Shown piece by piece: positions 22,726 through 37,408 of a stretch of DNA of 64,000 nt. The position numbers and the translations under genes are program-made. How positions within the stretch are numbered: position 1 is the stretch's first letter; each line of letters opens with the position of its first letter. The stretch is from Neocallimastix sp. 'constans' (taxonomy: Eukaryota): NCBI GenBank assembly GCA_050613775.1, contig JBODTK010000011.1, forward strand, positions 1,054,001-1,118,000, written 5' to 3'. The notes under the pieces were generated by a model. The model was not told the DNA's origin. It worked only from the letters and a program-made list of their open reading frames with translations, and did no database searches.

Positions 22726-24003
22726 ATGATAAATTTTATAAAAGATAATTGGTTAGGTTTAGTTACATGTATAGTAATAGCTATACCATCATGGCTTTTA
22801 GGAAAAAGATTTCCAATAATTGGAGGGGCTGTAATTGCTATTATAATTGGTATGTGTATTGCATTATTTTGGAATAATAAAGGAAAAGCGACAACTGGTA
22901 TAAAGTTTACTTCTAAATATATTTTACAAGGGGCTGTTGTCCTTTTAGGTTTTGGTATGAATTTAAGTGTAGTATTAGTGACAGGAAAACAATCACTTCC
23001 AATTATTGTATGTACCATAGCAACCTCTCTTTTTATTGCCTGGGCATTACATAGAGTTATGAATATTCCAAAAAATATTTATACATTAATAGGTGTTGGA
23101 TCTTCTATTTGTGGAGGTTCTGCTATTGCAGCAACTGCTCCTATTATTAATGCTGATGATAATGAAGTAGCCCAATCAATTTCAGTTATTTTCTTCTATA
23201 ACGTCCTTGCTGCTATTATATTTCCAATTTTAGGTAAATTAATTGGTTTCAATACAAAGAATGGTGAAGGTTTTGGAATATTTGTCGGTACAGCTATTAA
23301 TGATACTTCTTCAGTAACAGCAGCTGCCTCCACTTGGGATAGTATGTGGAATTTAGGTAGTGCTACCTTAGATAAGGCAGTAACTGTAAAATTAACTAGA
23401 ACATTAGCAATTATTCCAATTACATTAGTTCTTTCATTACTAAAAGCAAGAAACACAAAAAAAGAAGAAATACAAAATAAATTAAAAGAAGAAAAATTAT
23501 TAAAAATTAACGATAACAAAAATGAAGAAAGTAAAATTGAAATAAAAAATGAAATTGAAATTGAAGAAGAAACAGATATTTGTAAAAGAAAAATTGAGAT
23601 AAAAAGTGAAGAAAATGAAGAAAATAAAAAGATTAATAACTTAGAGCAAGAACCAGAAATAGAAAAAGAAAAAGAAAAAGAAAATAATAATAAAAATAAA
23701 ACAGAAAAGGGAATAAATGGTTTCAGTTTAAGAAATTCATTCCCACTCTTTATTCTTTTTTTTATCATCGCTTCTATCATAACTACCATTGCATTAGCCA
23801 TTGGTGTACCTTCAAAAGTTTTTACACCAATTAAAGAATTAAGTAAATTCTGTATTATAATGGCTATGGCTGCTATTGGATTAAACAGTAATATTATAAA
23901 ACTTATTAAATCTGGTGGTAAGCCAATTATATTGGGTGCTTGCTGTTGGATTGGTATAAGCTTTGTCAGTTTAGGTTTACAACATATTATGAATATATGG
24001 TAA
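22726..24003 (+). CDS. yeiH: YeiH / UPF0324 putative sulfate exporter family membrane protein
   Basis: Intronless 425 aa; motifs [52 protein letters not shown] and MAMAAIGL. Confidence 0.9.
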   Translation: MINFIKDNWLGLVTCIVIAIPSWLLGKRFPIIGGAVIAIIIGMCIALFWNNKGKATTGIKFTSKYILQGAVVLLGFGMNLSVVLVTGKQSLPIIVCTIATSLFIAWALHRVMNIPKNIYTLIGVGSSICGGSAIAATAPIINADDNEVAQSISVIFFYNVLAAIIFPILGKLIGFNTKNGEGFGIFVGTAINDTSSVTAAASTWDSMWNLGSATLDKAVTVKLTRTLAIIPITLVLSLLKARNTKKEEIQNKLKEEKLLKINDNKNEESKIEIKNEIEIEEETDICKRKIEIKSEENEENKKINNLEQEPEIEKEKEKENNNKNKTEKGINGFSLRNSFPLFILFFIIASIITTIALAIGVPSKVFTPIKELSKFCIIMAMAAIGLNSNIIKLIKSGGKPIILGACCWIGISFVSLGLQHIMNIW

Positions 24004-24135
24004 AATTTTTAATTTTTTTTTCAAAGAAATACGAAGATATTTATATTTAAATATATAATTTCAATGTAATTTTTTATCCCAAATTTAGATCATCAAACAT
24101 TTATAAACACAAAAGTAACGACAACAACAAAAAAA

Positions 24136-24187
<52 letters not shown>

Positions 24188-24415
24188 GTTACAGTAATTT
24201 ATTTTATTTAATAGTTTAAATTAATAACTTATAATATTTAATTTATTTAATTTAATAGTTAAAGTATATAACTTATAATATTAATATTTAATAATTTATA
24301 ACAGAATAAATAATTAATGATAAAAAAATATATTATAGATTAGAAAAAAAAAAATTTTTTTTTAAAGCACTTCAATCATGTATAGAAATTTACAAAAAAA
24401 ATAATATTTGATATT

Positions 24416-24448
<33 letters not shown>

Positions 24449-24839
24449 TTAATACTAAACTAATATTAAAATAAATAATAAATATAAAAAAATAGATTAA
24501 TATAAAAAAAAATAGGTTTTTTGTTATATACAATTTATTGTTTTATTTTTATATTTAATCTCTTTAAACTTAATTATTTTAATAATATTGGTATACGTTT
24601 AAGGAAAAAATTTTTTTGAGTAAGAGATGAATAATATATAAAATTATATATAATTTATATTACTTCAATATTTTATTTTTATTACTTCTAATGAAAATAA
24701 AATAATCAAAAGCTATTAATAATTTTAAACAATATAACTTATTGTTTTATATATATAAATATTAATAATCTATAATTATGAAAATAATTTTTTAAAAAAT
24801 TTTAATATATTTTAAAATGAAATTATAAATAAAAATTAA

Positions 24840-24880
<41 letters not shown>

Positions 24881-26502
24881 ATCGATAATATATCTTGATT
24901 TTATCATGAATATGACCATAATAAATCATGATATAGATTCATTTAATCATTAATCTTTTCTTATAGAATATAAAGAAATCGTATTTTTATAATATTTATT
25001 ATATTAATATTGCTATGTTATATGAATTATCATTGATACAACATTATGAATTTAGAAAAATGTTTAGCTTATCATATTTTTTTTTAAAATAATACAAAAT
25101 AAATCTGTTAAAATACTTTTTAATAGGTGGCTTTTATTGATTCTATTGTGATGTATATAAACAAATTAAAAAAAAATCTTATATATGATAAATTAATTTT
25201 TATTTTTAATTTTTTGTTATTATTTTTTATATACAAATAAAGTTTTTTTTTATTATTTAATTTTTGAAAATATGTAATTAGCTAAAAGTAAGTTTTAATA
25301 ATTCAAAAAAACAAAAATTAAACGATTAATAAATTAATTCTATTTTAAAGTAGTCATAGATTCAAATATGATCGTTATATATATTGATTATAATAGTTAA
25401 TAATAATTGTTATTAAATAAATTTTATTATTTTATATTAATTATAAACTTTAATTCAAAAAACATTTTTCATTTAAACTTGTATTTACAATTAAATTTTG
25501 TTTCTCCTTTTTATTAAAATCTAGAATTATTTTAAATAATTCAATATATATATCTTTTTATTTATTTATTATAATATAAATATTTATTATAAGCAATCTT
25601 TATTAAATTTAAAATAATAATATATTCTTATTTTTTTTCTATGATTATCTATAATGAAAAGAATTATCTAAAAAAAAAAAAAAAAAAAAAAAAACAGGAA
25701 ATTTAAGTTTAAACAATAAATTAATAAAAGTAAAAGATATATATCTTTTATACTACTGTAATTACTGTTAAAAAAAAAAAGAAACTTTTTCAAAAAAATT
25801 ATTAATATATATATAGATATATATTTAATTTATAATATAAATTCTAAATATTATAAAAATTTATAAATATATGTTTCATATATATATAAAACAAATTGAA
25901 ACAAAATAAAAAAATAAAAAAAAAAGAATTTTTTTTTATAAATAATTATACTTTTAACATATATAAAATAAAAGTATAATAATTAATTTAATATATATAT
26001 ATATATAGACATATATATATGTTTTTATATTATATAAATTCTTGATTTAATTTTCTAAAAAATTTAAAAATTTAGAATATTTGGAAGAAAAAAAATATTA
26101 TTACTTGGTAGATTTTTAACCTTTTTTATATATAAAATATTAAAAATTATTATTTATTTTTTCATTAATCATAATAAATATGTATATTTTAAATCATTTT
26201 GTATATATATATATATATATTAATTATTAATATAAATATATTTAATTTACAGTGAAGTAATAAAAATAATCCATTTAAAAAAATTTTTTTTTTTTTAATT
26301 CATTCAAAAATTTTTAAGTTTATAAATTTAATATTTATTTAAATAAATAATAAAAATTTAATATTTCTGTATGAAATTTAAACAAAATAAAAAAAAAAAA
26401 AATACTTTTTTATTTTTGCTTTTTATTTAATTTAATAAATTAACAAAGAAAAATAAAAGTATAATAAATATTATTTATTAATTCTTAAAATTTATTTTTT
26501 TA

Positions 26503-28003
26503 TTAAGATTTATAATATAATATTGTTTGTGGAGGTTGAGTATAATATATTGATGATTGTTGATATTGATTTATATATTGTGGAGCTATATAATATAATG
26601 TACTTGAAGTTGTTGCAGTGGTAATATTTTGATTATCAAATTGATTGTTATTGCGTGAAATTAATGGGCCATTATTATTACTACTTACTGATGGTACTGG
26701 CATACTAAATCTAATATTATTTTTATTTAAGGATTCATAATTAATTGGAGATAATTGATTTTTACCAAGTTGGGAATTATTACTTTTAGAAATTGAAGAA
26801 TTATTATTATCTAGTGGAAATACATAATTGTATTGAAGATTATTATTAGTTTTATTATTAATAGGTTTATTATTAATTATAGTTAATGGATGATTATTAA
26901 ATTGATTATTATTTTCATTATATGAACTACTACTGACTGATGTTAAAGAAGGAGTATTATATTGAACAGTATTATTAATATTAATATTTTTATTATTAAT
27001 ATTTACAGTTTTATTTTCGCCAAAGGGAACTGTTGAAAAGCATGGAGGTTTCATATTATTAGTATTATTTATATCTGCTTCTTTTTCACAATTTTCAGAA
27101 TTAATTTCCTTTTTTTTCTTGTTTAGTATGTATATATTTATAAACTTTTCAACATTTTTCATTATACTATCTTCATAATGACAAATATTAGAATATTTTT
27201 CATCTTGGCAAAGTTCTTTCCATATTTTTGTTACATACGAAGTATTAATGCATTCTGGATTTGATCCCATATTTTTAAGAATAGTTCTCCATAAAAGTTT
27301 GATTTGTTCTGTTGTTTTAGTACAATTATATAAAGATCTACACAGACGTTCATAGCCTAATAAAATGATTTAATATATATATTATTACCTTATTATTTTT
27401 TTTTTTTTTAAAAAAAAAAGACTTTCTTTTAATATGATACTTACATGGCTGAATTTCAAATTCTTCAAGTTGGTCTAATACCTTTGCAGAAATTAAGTAA
27501 CGATAAGCTTCTGTATAATTATTGAAGAAATATAATGAAATCAATATTATAAAGAAAAAATAAAATAAAATATTATTTAAATAGATATTTAAAATACTTA
27601 CGAGCTCTAATATAATGAATTTACATATAGAGTAATATTTGAATTATTAGATGTTATTAAATTTTATTAATAAAAAATCTCTTCATAATAATAAGAAATA
27701 ATTATATTTTATCAAAAAAAAAAAAAAAAAAAAAAAACTTTTTTTTACTACATACTGCGAAATATTCCAGTTTTTTTTAACATAATTATTTAAAGAATAT
27801 CCTTGCTTTTTGTATTCTTTTGTAATTATTGCTTTTTGAACTCTTTTTACTAAACATTTAAACTTTCTTTGTTTAGAAAAATAAATGTTGTTATATCTAT
27901 TATATATAAAAAAATAAAGACAAAACATAGACAATTATTAAATTTTTTGAATAATTAAACGAAAAAAAATTAAAATATATATCGTTTATTACCTTTCTGA
28001 CAT
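26503..28003 (-). CDS. Five-exon hypothetical protein (358 aa): possible HTH-like N-terminus, Asn/Ser-rich tail
   Basis: Exons 28003-27993, 27896-27756, 27606-27602, 27510-27445 and 27356-26503, all GT-AG, total 1077 nt in frame; structure mirrored by the paralog. Confidence 0.85.
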
Positions 28004-30444
28004 TTTTTTTTTTTTTTTTTTTTTTTTGAGAATAAACCAACTTATAGTAATTAATAAAATATCAATTTCATGATATATATAATAAATAATTTTAATTATT
28101 TTGAGAAAAATTACTACTTTTATATATATATATTTTTTTTAAAAAAAAATAAAAAATAAAAAAAAAATAAAAAAATAAAAAAAGTGTATTAAATTTAATT
28201 TTTTTTTCTAGTTATTTATCTTATTTTATAATTAATAAATTAATATATATATAGATATTAGAAATGTTGAATATTTTTTAAATTTAAAAAATTGTATCAC
28301 TATGAATTATATTAAATTAAATAAAATTTTAAATATAAATAAAGTTTATTTATTTTCCATAATTTAAAACTTTAAAAAATAAAATTCAATACAAATAGTT
28401 GATAATATTAATGTTAAGACTAAAATAAATATTTACTATTTTAAGATGTAAATAAATAAGAAAGATTCTTTGCTAGATTAAAAAATTATTTTATAAAATA
28501 TATACATATCAAATTTATATTATTTATAATTTATTTTTATAATAAAGTTAAAATCAAAAAAGTTTTTTCCTTAATTAATTAAAATTAAAAATGTGAATAT
28601 TCAAGAATATATTTTAAAAAAAAAAATTTTTTTAACAATCCACAAATTTCCATTAATAACTCTAATTAATACTGATTATTTATGAAAAATAATACCGTTA
28701 AGTATGTTGTTAAGGCTTTTTAAATTAAATTATATACATAAATATTAATTATTATTAATGACTCTATAATGATATTAGAAATATTATTAAATAAATATCA
28801 AATAATAAAAATATAACTTTTAAATCATTAAATTATTATACATAAAAAATTAAAAAATATAAAACATATAAAATAAAAAACATTAATAATAATATATATT
28901 ATAATGATATAAACATTTTTTTTAATATTTGATATTGATATAGTACTAATTGATATAATTGATAATGACAACAAGTTAACATGAATGTATGTTTAACAAT
29001 ATAAATAGTAAAATAAATATATATAAGTATAATAGTTTTTAAAATAATATTTTCAATTACAAAAAAAAAAATGTTAGAAGATTGCTACAAAAGAGTATAT
29101 AAAAGTAAAATTTTTTTATAATATATTTTTTTATATATCGATTTAATTTTTTTTTATTTGTTAAATTAATAATTTAACAAATAAAAAAAAAATATTAAAT
29201 CAACAATACCGATTTAAATTTACTTCCTAATTTTGATTTTTAAAAATTATATAATCTTCCATATAAAATAAAAAATAGAATGTTTACATTTATTTCATAA
29301 TAAATACACATAATAAATGTATAATCATTTGATTTTTTATTTTAAAATTTTTTTCTATCTAAATTTGTTAAAAATTTGTATAGAATTTCTTTTATGTATA
29401 AATATATTATTATTTATTGATGATTCGTCAAATAATTAATAAACTATAAAATATATAAAATAAATATATATATTTGAAAGATTTTTTTTTAAATTAAATA
29501 TTTAAAAGAATAATATTCTGAATATAACTGATAAAATAACTTTAATTTATTTCAGTTCAGTATAAAATTTTTAAATTTTTAAATATTCATTAATTTACTA
29601 TTAAAAATTTATGTTTTAATTTGTTATCAAAATAAAATGTCCCCAATACACAAATAATCTGTAAAATCAATGATTAATTTTTATTTTCTTTAAAAAAAAA
29701 AAAAAAAAAAAAAAATTTCTTTTAAAAGGTAAAAATTAATTTTAGATAATTTTAGATAATTAATTGATCTGTTTTATAACAATTTAATTAATTAAATTTA
29801 GTAATTAATAATATACTATTTCATTTATTTATATTGTTATTATTGATAGAATAGTAATCCAAGTATATATATTATTTAAAGGTGCTATATGTTTTTATTA
29901 TTTTATAAAAATATATTTACTTGTTGAAATATAAAGTACATTTAATGAGGAAATGATAAAGTTACAATTAATAATGAGATTCTTTTTGTAATTACTCTAA
30001 CTTTAATTATCAAGTTGAAAGAATACTTTAATAAATTATAATATTATCATTAAATAGAGTATTTATCATATTATTAAAATTTCTAATATCATTTTGTAAT
30101 TTTGCTAATAGGATCATTATTATTAATTTGAGACAGTACAAACAATTCTAGAATTATTAGAATATTTTATTATTTAACTTGAAACCTATATGGAATATAT
30201 AAATAAAAGGCTTATTATTTACTTAATAACATTATAAGGATCCATATAATTAAATATTTTTTTTTCTACCATCTTCCAATAAATAATAAATACAAATGCA
30301 GAAAACAATTTTTAAAATTAAATATTAAACTATATGTTCTTATACAAAAATAACAAATAATGATTTAATATTTTAATATACTTATTAATTTATATGTTGT
30401 ATTCATTCATATATAATAAAAAAAAATTATATTTGTGATGGGAA

Positions 30445-30482
<38 letters not shown>

Positions 30483-31440
30483 TTGATGGGAAAAAAAAAA
30501 AATCAAAAAGGGTAAAATATTTTTTCCAATAAAATGTAAATATATATATACATCAATTAATTTTTTCCAAATTTATAATAATGGGATTTCTTTTTCTTTT
30601 TTCTTTTTTTTTTTTTTTTTTTTTTTCTTTTAATTTAAATTATAATAAAATATTTATTTCTATTTTCTTTTTATTTTTTTTAAAAAAAAGTTTAAATATA
30701 ATAAATATTAAATAAGTATTTTTTTTATTTAAAATATTTGGGGAAAAATTTTGATAATACCAATACATAATGTTACTAACAGTTAAATAATATAAAATAT
30801 ATATACAGATTAAAAAACAAATATATACTCTTCAATGAATTTTTTTTAATGTTGATATACAATTTATATATCACTAAATTTAATTGACTTTAAAATGATA
30901 ATAAAATATTATTTTAATTAAAAATTTTGAAATTTATAATAATTATAATTGATAAAATTTCAGTATTATAATAATTAGTCATAATTAATAAATATAAAAG
31001 ATATAAAGACAAAATAGTATTCATAGTAAATATAAAAAATATAAAAATAAATAATATTCATTTTAAATACGTATCTATATTTTATATATAATTAAAATAT
31101 AATACGATTTTTTAATATTTTTATATACATAAATAAAATGTATATTTTTAAAATTTTATATTATGTATATTTTTTAAATATTATAGATTCTTAAAGAAAA
31201 ATTAATTATATATATTAATATATATATATGATAATTTATTAATTCAAAAAAAAAAAAAAAAAAAAATTATATAATTTATTCTGAAAAAAAATTTAAAAAA
31301 ATTTTTGAATATTTATAATTATTAATTGATTATTAATTCCAAAAAATTATAAATATTTTAAATAATGATATTTATAAAAAAAATTTTTTTTTTTTATTTT
31401 TCTTTTTTTTTTTTTTTAATTCAAAATATATATATATAAC

Positions 31441-31550
31441 ATGACTACACCAATCATAATTGTCATAACCCCAAAAACTATTACTATTTTTTAATTAGAG
31501 CACGAGAAGTCTTTTAACAGCATAGATTGCCAAAAGAAAGAAATAGATAT
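31441..31550 (-). pseudogene. Possible decayed fungal dockerin (CBM10-like) module
   Basis: Translates as FGNLCC*KTSRALIK then, after a frameshift, NSNSFWGYDNYDWC, matching the G..CC...WG.(E/D)N..WC pattern. Confidence 0.4.
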
Positions 31551-31944
31551 TTTTAAACTACTTCATAACATTTGCTTGAATTGATACTACTCTATTCATG
31601 TTTTTCTTTAGTTTAAACATTTTATTCATTGTAAAATAAATAAAAAATAATGATTATAAATTTGTCTATTAATATATCAATAATATTTAATATTATTTAA
31701 CTATCTTGTCTTATAATAAAAATGATGATAATAATATATAAATACATAGGTAATTAACTATTTTTTAAAAAAAAATATAAAAAAGTAAGAAAAAAAATTA
31801 AATATATTATTTAGTGGAAAGAAATAAAAAAAAAATATTATTATTATAAAATTATTAATTATTATTTATATTTATACTGTAACTTTATTCTTAGTAATGA
31901 AATTTAGTAAATGTTATTCATCAAATTCTATGAGATATGTTTCA

Positions 31945-32120
31945 AAATTTGTGAGGTTTAAGAAATATAGTGAGATTTAAAGGGTATTGTGAGATTTAAA
32001 GGGTATTGTGAAATTTAAAAGATATATTGATATATAAGTGATATACTGGGATTTAATAAATATAGTATGACTTTAACTACTATAGTGAGATTTAATATAA
32101 ATATAGTCTAATTAAACTAA
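31945..32120. repeat. Degenerate ~19-20-bp tandem repeat
   Basis: Variants of GTGAGATTTAAAGGGTATT. Confidence 0.7.
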
Positions 32121-32553
32121 TATAGTAAAATTTTAATAAATGATATATATATATATATTAATATTTTTATTTATTTATTTTATCTAAGACTCTTGTAATT
32201 TTTTTTTCTTTTTTTTTTTTGGATTTGTTTTTTATCTATATCATTATTAATATATTTATTATAGAGAGAAAGAATAAAAATTTCAACTGGAATAATTAAT
32301 ATATATATATAGACAAATAAATAGATATTTTAAATGTTGTCCTGTTTTAATTAATTATCAATATTTCATAATTAATATATATTTAAGGTTTAGAATTTTA
32401 ATTAAGGGATCAATTTTTTTAATTGATAAATTTTTATCACTATTGTAAAAGATCTTTTTTCATTACTTTATCTGTTCATTATTGCTAATACTCTTATTAT
32501 TATTATTATTATTAGTAGTAGTAGTAGTAGTAATTATTATTATTAGTATTTTT

Positions 32554-32607
<54 letters not shown>

Positions 32608-32776
32608 GAAATTACTTACTTTAATATTTTGTTTTGTTTTTAGAATAATGATTTGTTTTATGTTTTTTTTTTTTTTATTTTATTATTTGTTTTATTATTC
32701 TTTAACAAATATATAAACTTTTCTTCATGCTTTCATTGTTACATCTTATTGTAATAACAAACATGTAGATTATTTT

Positions 32777-33660
32777 TCATCTTTTTTGAAAAAATTCATT
32801 CCATATCTGCCTTACATATGAAACATTAATGCTTTCTGGATTTGATCCCATATTATTAATAACAGTTCTCCATAGTAGTTTAATTTGTTCAGGTGTTTCA
32901 GTACAATTATATAAAAACCTACATAAATTTTCACAGCCTAACAAATTGTTTTAGTATTTATAAAAAACGAATATTTATTTTTATTACCGTTAAAAGAATA
33001 AAAAATAAAAATAATAAAATAAAATAAATATATTAAAAATTTATTTAATATAATATATACATGGTAGAATTTCAAATTCTTCAAGTTGATCTAATACTTT
33101 TGCAGAAATTAAATAACGATAAGTTTCTAAATTTATTAAATATACATATATATATATAAATTTTAAATAAAACATTAAATAAAATATAAAATAAAAGAAA
33201 AAATTATAATATAATAAAATTTTATGTAGATATAAATTTAAATACTTACGAATTCTAATATTAATATTTTTATATATTGAGTAATATTTAAATTATAGGA
33301 TATAATATTGAATGTTTTTTTGTTAGCATTTTTTTTCCAAATTAATATAAAAATTAAAAAAAAAAAAAAAAACGTTTAATATCTAATATTATATATATAT
33401 ATATAAATTTTAAACATACTGTGAAATATTCCAAGTCCTTCTAACATAACTCTTGAAGGAATATCCTTGTTTTTCATATTCTTTTGAAATTATATCTTTT
33501 TGAATATTTTTTACTAAACTTTTAAATTGTCTTTGCTTAGAAAAATATGAATTATGAGAACTGATATATAAATTTTAATGAATAAGTTTAATTATGAATT
33601 AAATAAGAACTATAAAATATATATTGTATATTACTTTTCTGACTCTATATTTTTATTCAT
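32777..33660 (-). pseudogene. Paralog of the 26503-28003 gene, truncated at 132 aa (pseudogene or homopolymer error)
   Basis: Exons 33660-33635, 33560-33420, 33254-33250, 33126-33061 and 32937-32777 with the same 141/5/66-nt internal exons; TGA follows a T6/A6 run while homology (EKFI) continues out of frame. Confidence 0.75.
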
Positions 33661-34265
33661 TTTTTTATATATTTTATTTGACTTTTTATTATAAAAAAAA
33701 AATAAGAATAAAAACAATTTCTATTAAATAAATAAAAAATATATATTATAAAATTTATACATAATTTTTATATACATGATATATTTTTATCATCATAAAA
33801 AAAATTGAAGAAGAAAGCATAGCTTTTATATACATGTTTATGTTTTAAAAATATATTTTTATATATTAATATTAATAATTAATATTTTAATTTAAATGAA
33901 AATAATGTTTTTATGATAATTTTTGTTTTAATGTATTATTAATTAAATGAGTATTAATAAATTACTCTTATTTTCCGTATGAGTTTAATAATAATAAAAT
34001 AATAAAAATAATAATAAAAAAAAAATTATTTTTATCTTTTTATTGGTAAGTTTCATTTTTATTAATGAATATTTAATTTAAAAAAATTCATATTATATTA
34101 TATGAAATTAAATTTTAATAAATATTTATATATAAATAATATTTTTTTTATTTCCCATAATCAAACTTTAAAAAATATATTTTTATATAAAAGGTTGAGA
34201 ATTATGAAAAATAAATCAATAAAATGATAAAATTAATAATTTCTATAAAGTTTATTGTATAAGAA

Positions 34266-34298
<33 letters not shown>

Positions 34299-34912
34299 AT
34301 TTTTTTTTTCCTTTCAAAGAGATTATTAGTGAAATTTTTATTATTAAAAAATTTATAATTTATACATATTAATTATTATTATTACTATTTTTTATAAAAA
34401 TATGCTAGAAATAATCAAAATTTATGTCAATAAATAGTGTCAAAAATAGTTATATCTAACATACGTTTTTTGTATTATATATATTGAATCTATGAACCTA
34501 TTATTATATTATTTTTAGCACTAATAAAAATTAACTATTTTTACAATATCATTAATTTGATTAATGATTATTATAATTGTTAAAAATATGTGAATATGAT
34601 ATTTAAATTTGTAAATATGAGATTAATGTAATAAAACGTAATGCAATATAATTAATGAATAAGCCAAAATATATTAATATAAAAGCATTTAATTTAGTAT
34701 ATATATAAATTCCTGACTATTAACAATAATAATAAAATATTACAAGAAGATGGAAAAATTATCAAAAAAAAAGTTCTTTTTAATTATTGAATAATAAAAG
34801 TTTAAATACTATTAAATTAGCATTAGTATATAATTATATATATATAATAAAAAAAATGTAATAAAAGTTTATTTAATATTAAATTAAAATGATTGTATAT
34901 ATATATATATAT

Positions 34913-34947
<35 letters not shown>

Positions 34948-36499
34948 TTTTATATAAAAAATATAAATCTACCCATAATCCACTAAATTTTATAAATTCC
35001 TTATATGCTAAGAATTTAATACAGATATCATATTATGAATAAAATTATAAATTATATTTAATATTAATATCATGTAAAAGAATTTTATAAATATTAATAT
35101 GATATTATTATATCATATAACCTGATATTTATGATAATTTTAATATATATTATAATATAATAAATAAAAAGAAAAATTATCTATATTCATACAAATTAAA
35201 AATTTTTATTCTAATTATATATTTAATTTGTTTTTAATTAAAGTAAATAAAAAAAATGTTAATAAAAATGTTTATAATTATTTAAAAATGTTAATAATTG
35301 TATAATATTATTTTAATATATTTGTATTTGTATAAATGTCATCATAAATATAATAATAAATATCCTATTTTATAAAGAAAAAAAAAATTACTTATATTCA
35401 TAATAAATAAATAAATAAAATATAACAATTGAATTTATTTATATTTTTTAAAAAAATTTCCCCAAAAAAAATAATAATAAAATTCAAAAAAAATATAGTT
35501 CTGGATTCTATATGAATTATACAAATTAAGGTTTATTTATTAAATTTTTTTTTTTTTTTTATATATATAGCCGCAATTAATGCAAACTCTAACTTTATTT
35601 ATTTATTAATTTAATAAAAACATGTATATGTTTAAGAAACATAAAATTGATAAAAAAAAATAAATATTATTTGTTAAATTTGAACGTAATAATTTTTTTT
35701 AAATAGTAATGCGAAATAAAAATAATATTGAAGTGCATAAATAAATTCAGAAAAAAGTCCATAAGTAACGAACCTCACCACCAGATTATACGATTTCTGT
35801 TTAAAGGAATTCTTATTCCAGATTAGGATTTGAATTGACAATCTGAAAGAAATTATGGTCTTCTCCTTCAGAGCGTTGGTCCTGCTGGCCTGTCTTACTA
35901 CATTTTCATCATTGACGCTTCTTATTTATTAGAAATATTTAAATATCTTTTAAAATATAATAAAATAATAAAAAAAAAAAAAAAGATTAAAAATTCTATA
36001 AATATAAAATTAATATTTATTAAACTTTCTATATAAATATTAAAAATAAATATGGATAATTATTAATTAATTAATTAATAAATAATAATAAATAAATATT
36101 TTTTTAAGTTTTTTCCTATATTATTATGAATAAATTTTATTTTATAATATATAAATAAATCTTATGTTATGATTATTTTTTTATATATAATAAAAACAAA
36201 AAGTTTATCTTATAATAATGAATTGTTCATGGATTTTTTATAGTTATTATAATATAAAATTAAGGTGATGTTAACTATAATTATTTAATATTAATATTAA
36301 TAATTAATAAATATATATATTATATATATATATTTAAATATGAAAAACAATTTATAAAATAATTTAATATAAAATTTTATAATTTCTCCTTTAATAAGGA
36401 TTTATTGATAATTGCCTATTAGTAATGTTTTGTTACTAATAAAATTAGAATGATATATAAGTATTATTCCTTTAAAATGAAATAATAATAATTATCACT

Positions 36500-37408
36500 C
36501 AAGTAATATTAATAAAGATAAATATAATAACGGTAATAATGACGATATATCTGACAATTCATATGAATATAATGATGAGAATGATTTTAAGGATGAAACG
36601 TATATTAATTTTACTGGTAGTATCTTAGTAATTGAAAACTATAATAAGACAAAATTTTTAAAAAAAAAAATAAATACACACATTGGATTATTGACAGCGG
36701 TACTGATATTAATTTAACTAAGGAATTAAGCAATTTAAAAAAAATAAAAATGATATCAATAATAAAAATATTATATATCCAAATGGTAAATTAGATAAAA
36801 TTAAATGAAAAGGTACAATATAATGGCAAATTCAAAAATAATAAATTTATGTATTTTATCTAATGTTTATTACGAGTCAAATATCAAAAATAATTTAACT
36901 TCATCACATTCTGTACTAAAAAAATGGATGTAAAATAATTATGGAAAATATTAATAATAAGGACATATTACAGATAATAAAAAAATAATAAATTAATAGC
37001 AAATTTTTATGCAGATGACGAAATAAATAGCAATAATATTATATTAGAATATATTAACACAGAAAACATGTTAGTTGACCCTCTAACAAAAAGTATTACA
37101 GGCATAAAAATGAAAAATAATAATATATTATTATTTTTCATTATTTTTATGTATATATATATATAAAAACAAAAAAATTTATAATTCTTAATGTAGGGGG
37201 GGGAATGTTAAGTAATGTACATTAAGATATTATAAAGTATCTTAATGATATAATGTATGTAATATATTAAATATTGAATTAATGTATAGTATTAAATAAT
37301 TGAGTCTTTTTATCATAAGATATAAAATAATAATTAATAAATAAATAATATATATAATAATATAAATTTCGTGTGTGTGTATACCACATTCTGTGTGACT
37401 CCTTAACA
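36500..37408 (+). mobile_element. Internally deleted copia relic with PPT and 3' LTR (37206-37408)
   Basis: HWIIDSGT protease; EYINTENMLVDPLTK RNase H end; poly-G PPT, then LTR TGTTAAG..CTTAACA. Confidence 0.75.

Noticed and set aside
23196..23801. Minus-strand ORFs over the YeiH gene (also 22680-23018)
   Set aside because: Antisense shadows of a well-supported CDS.
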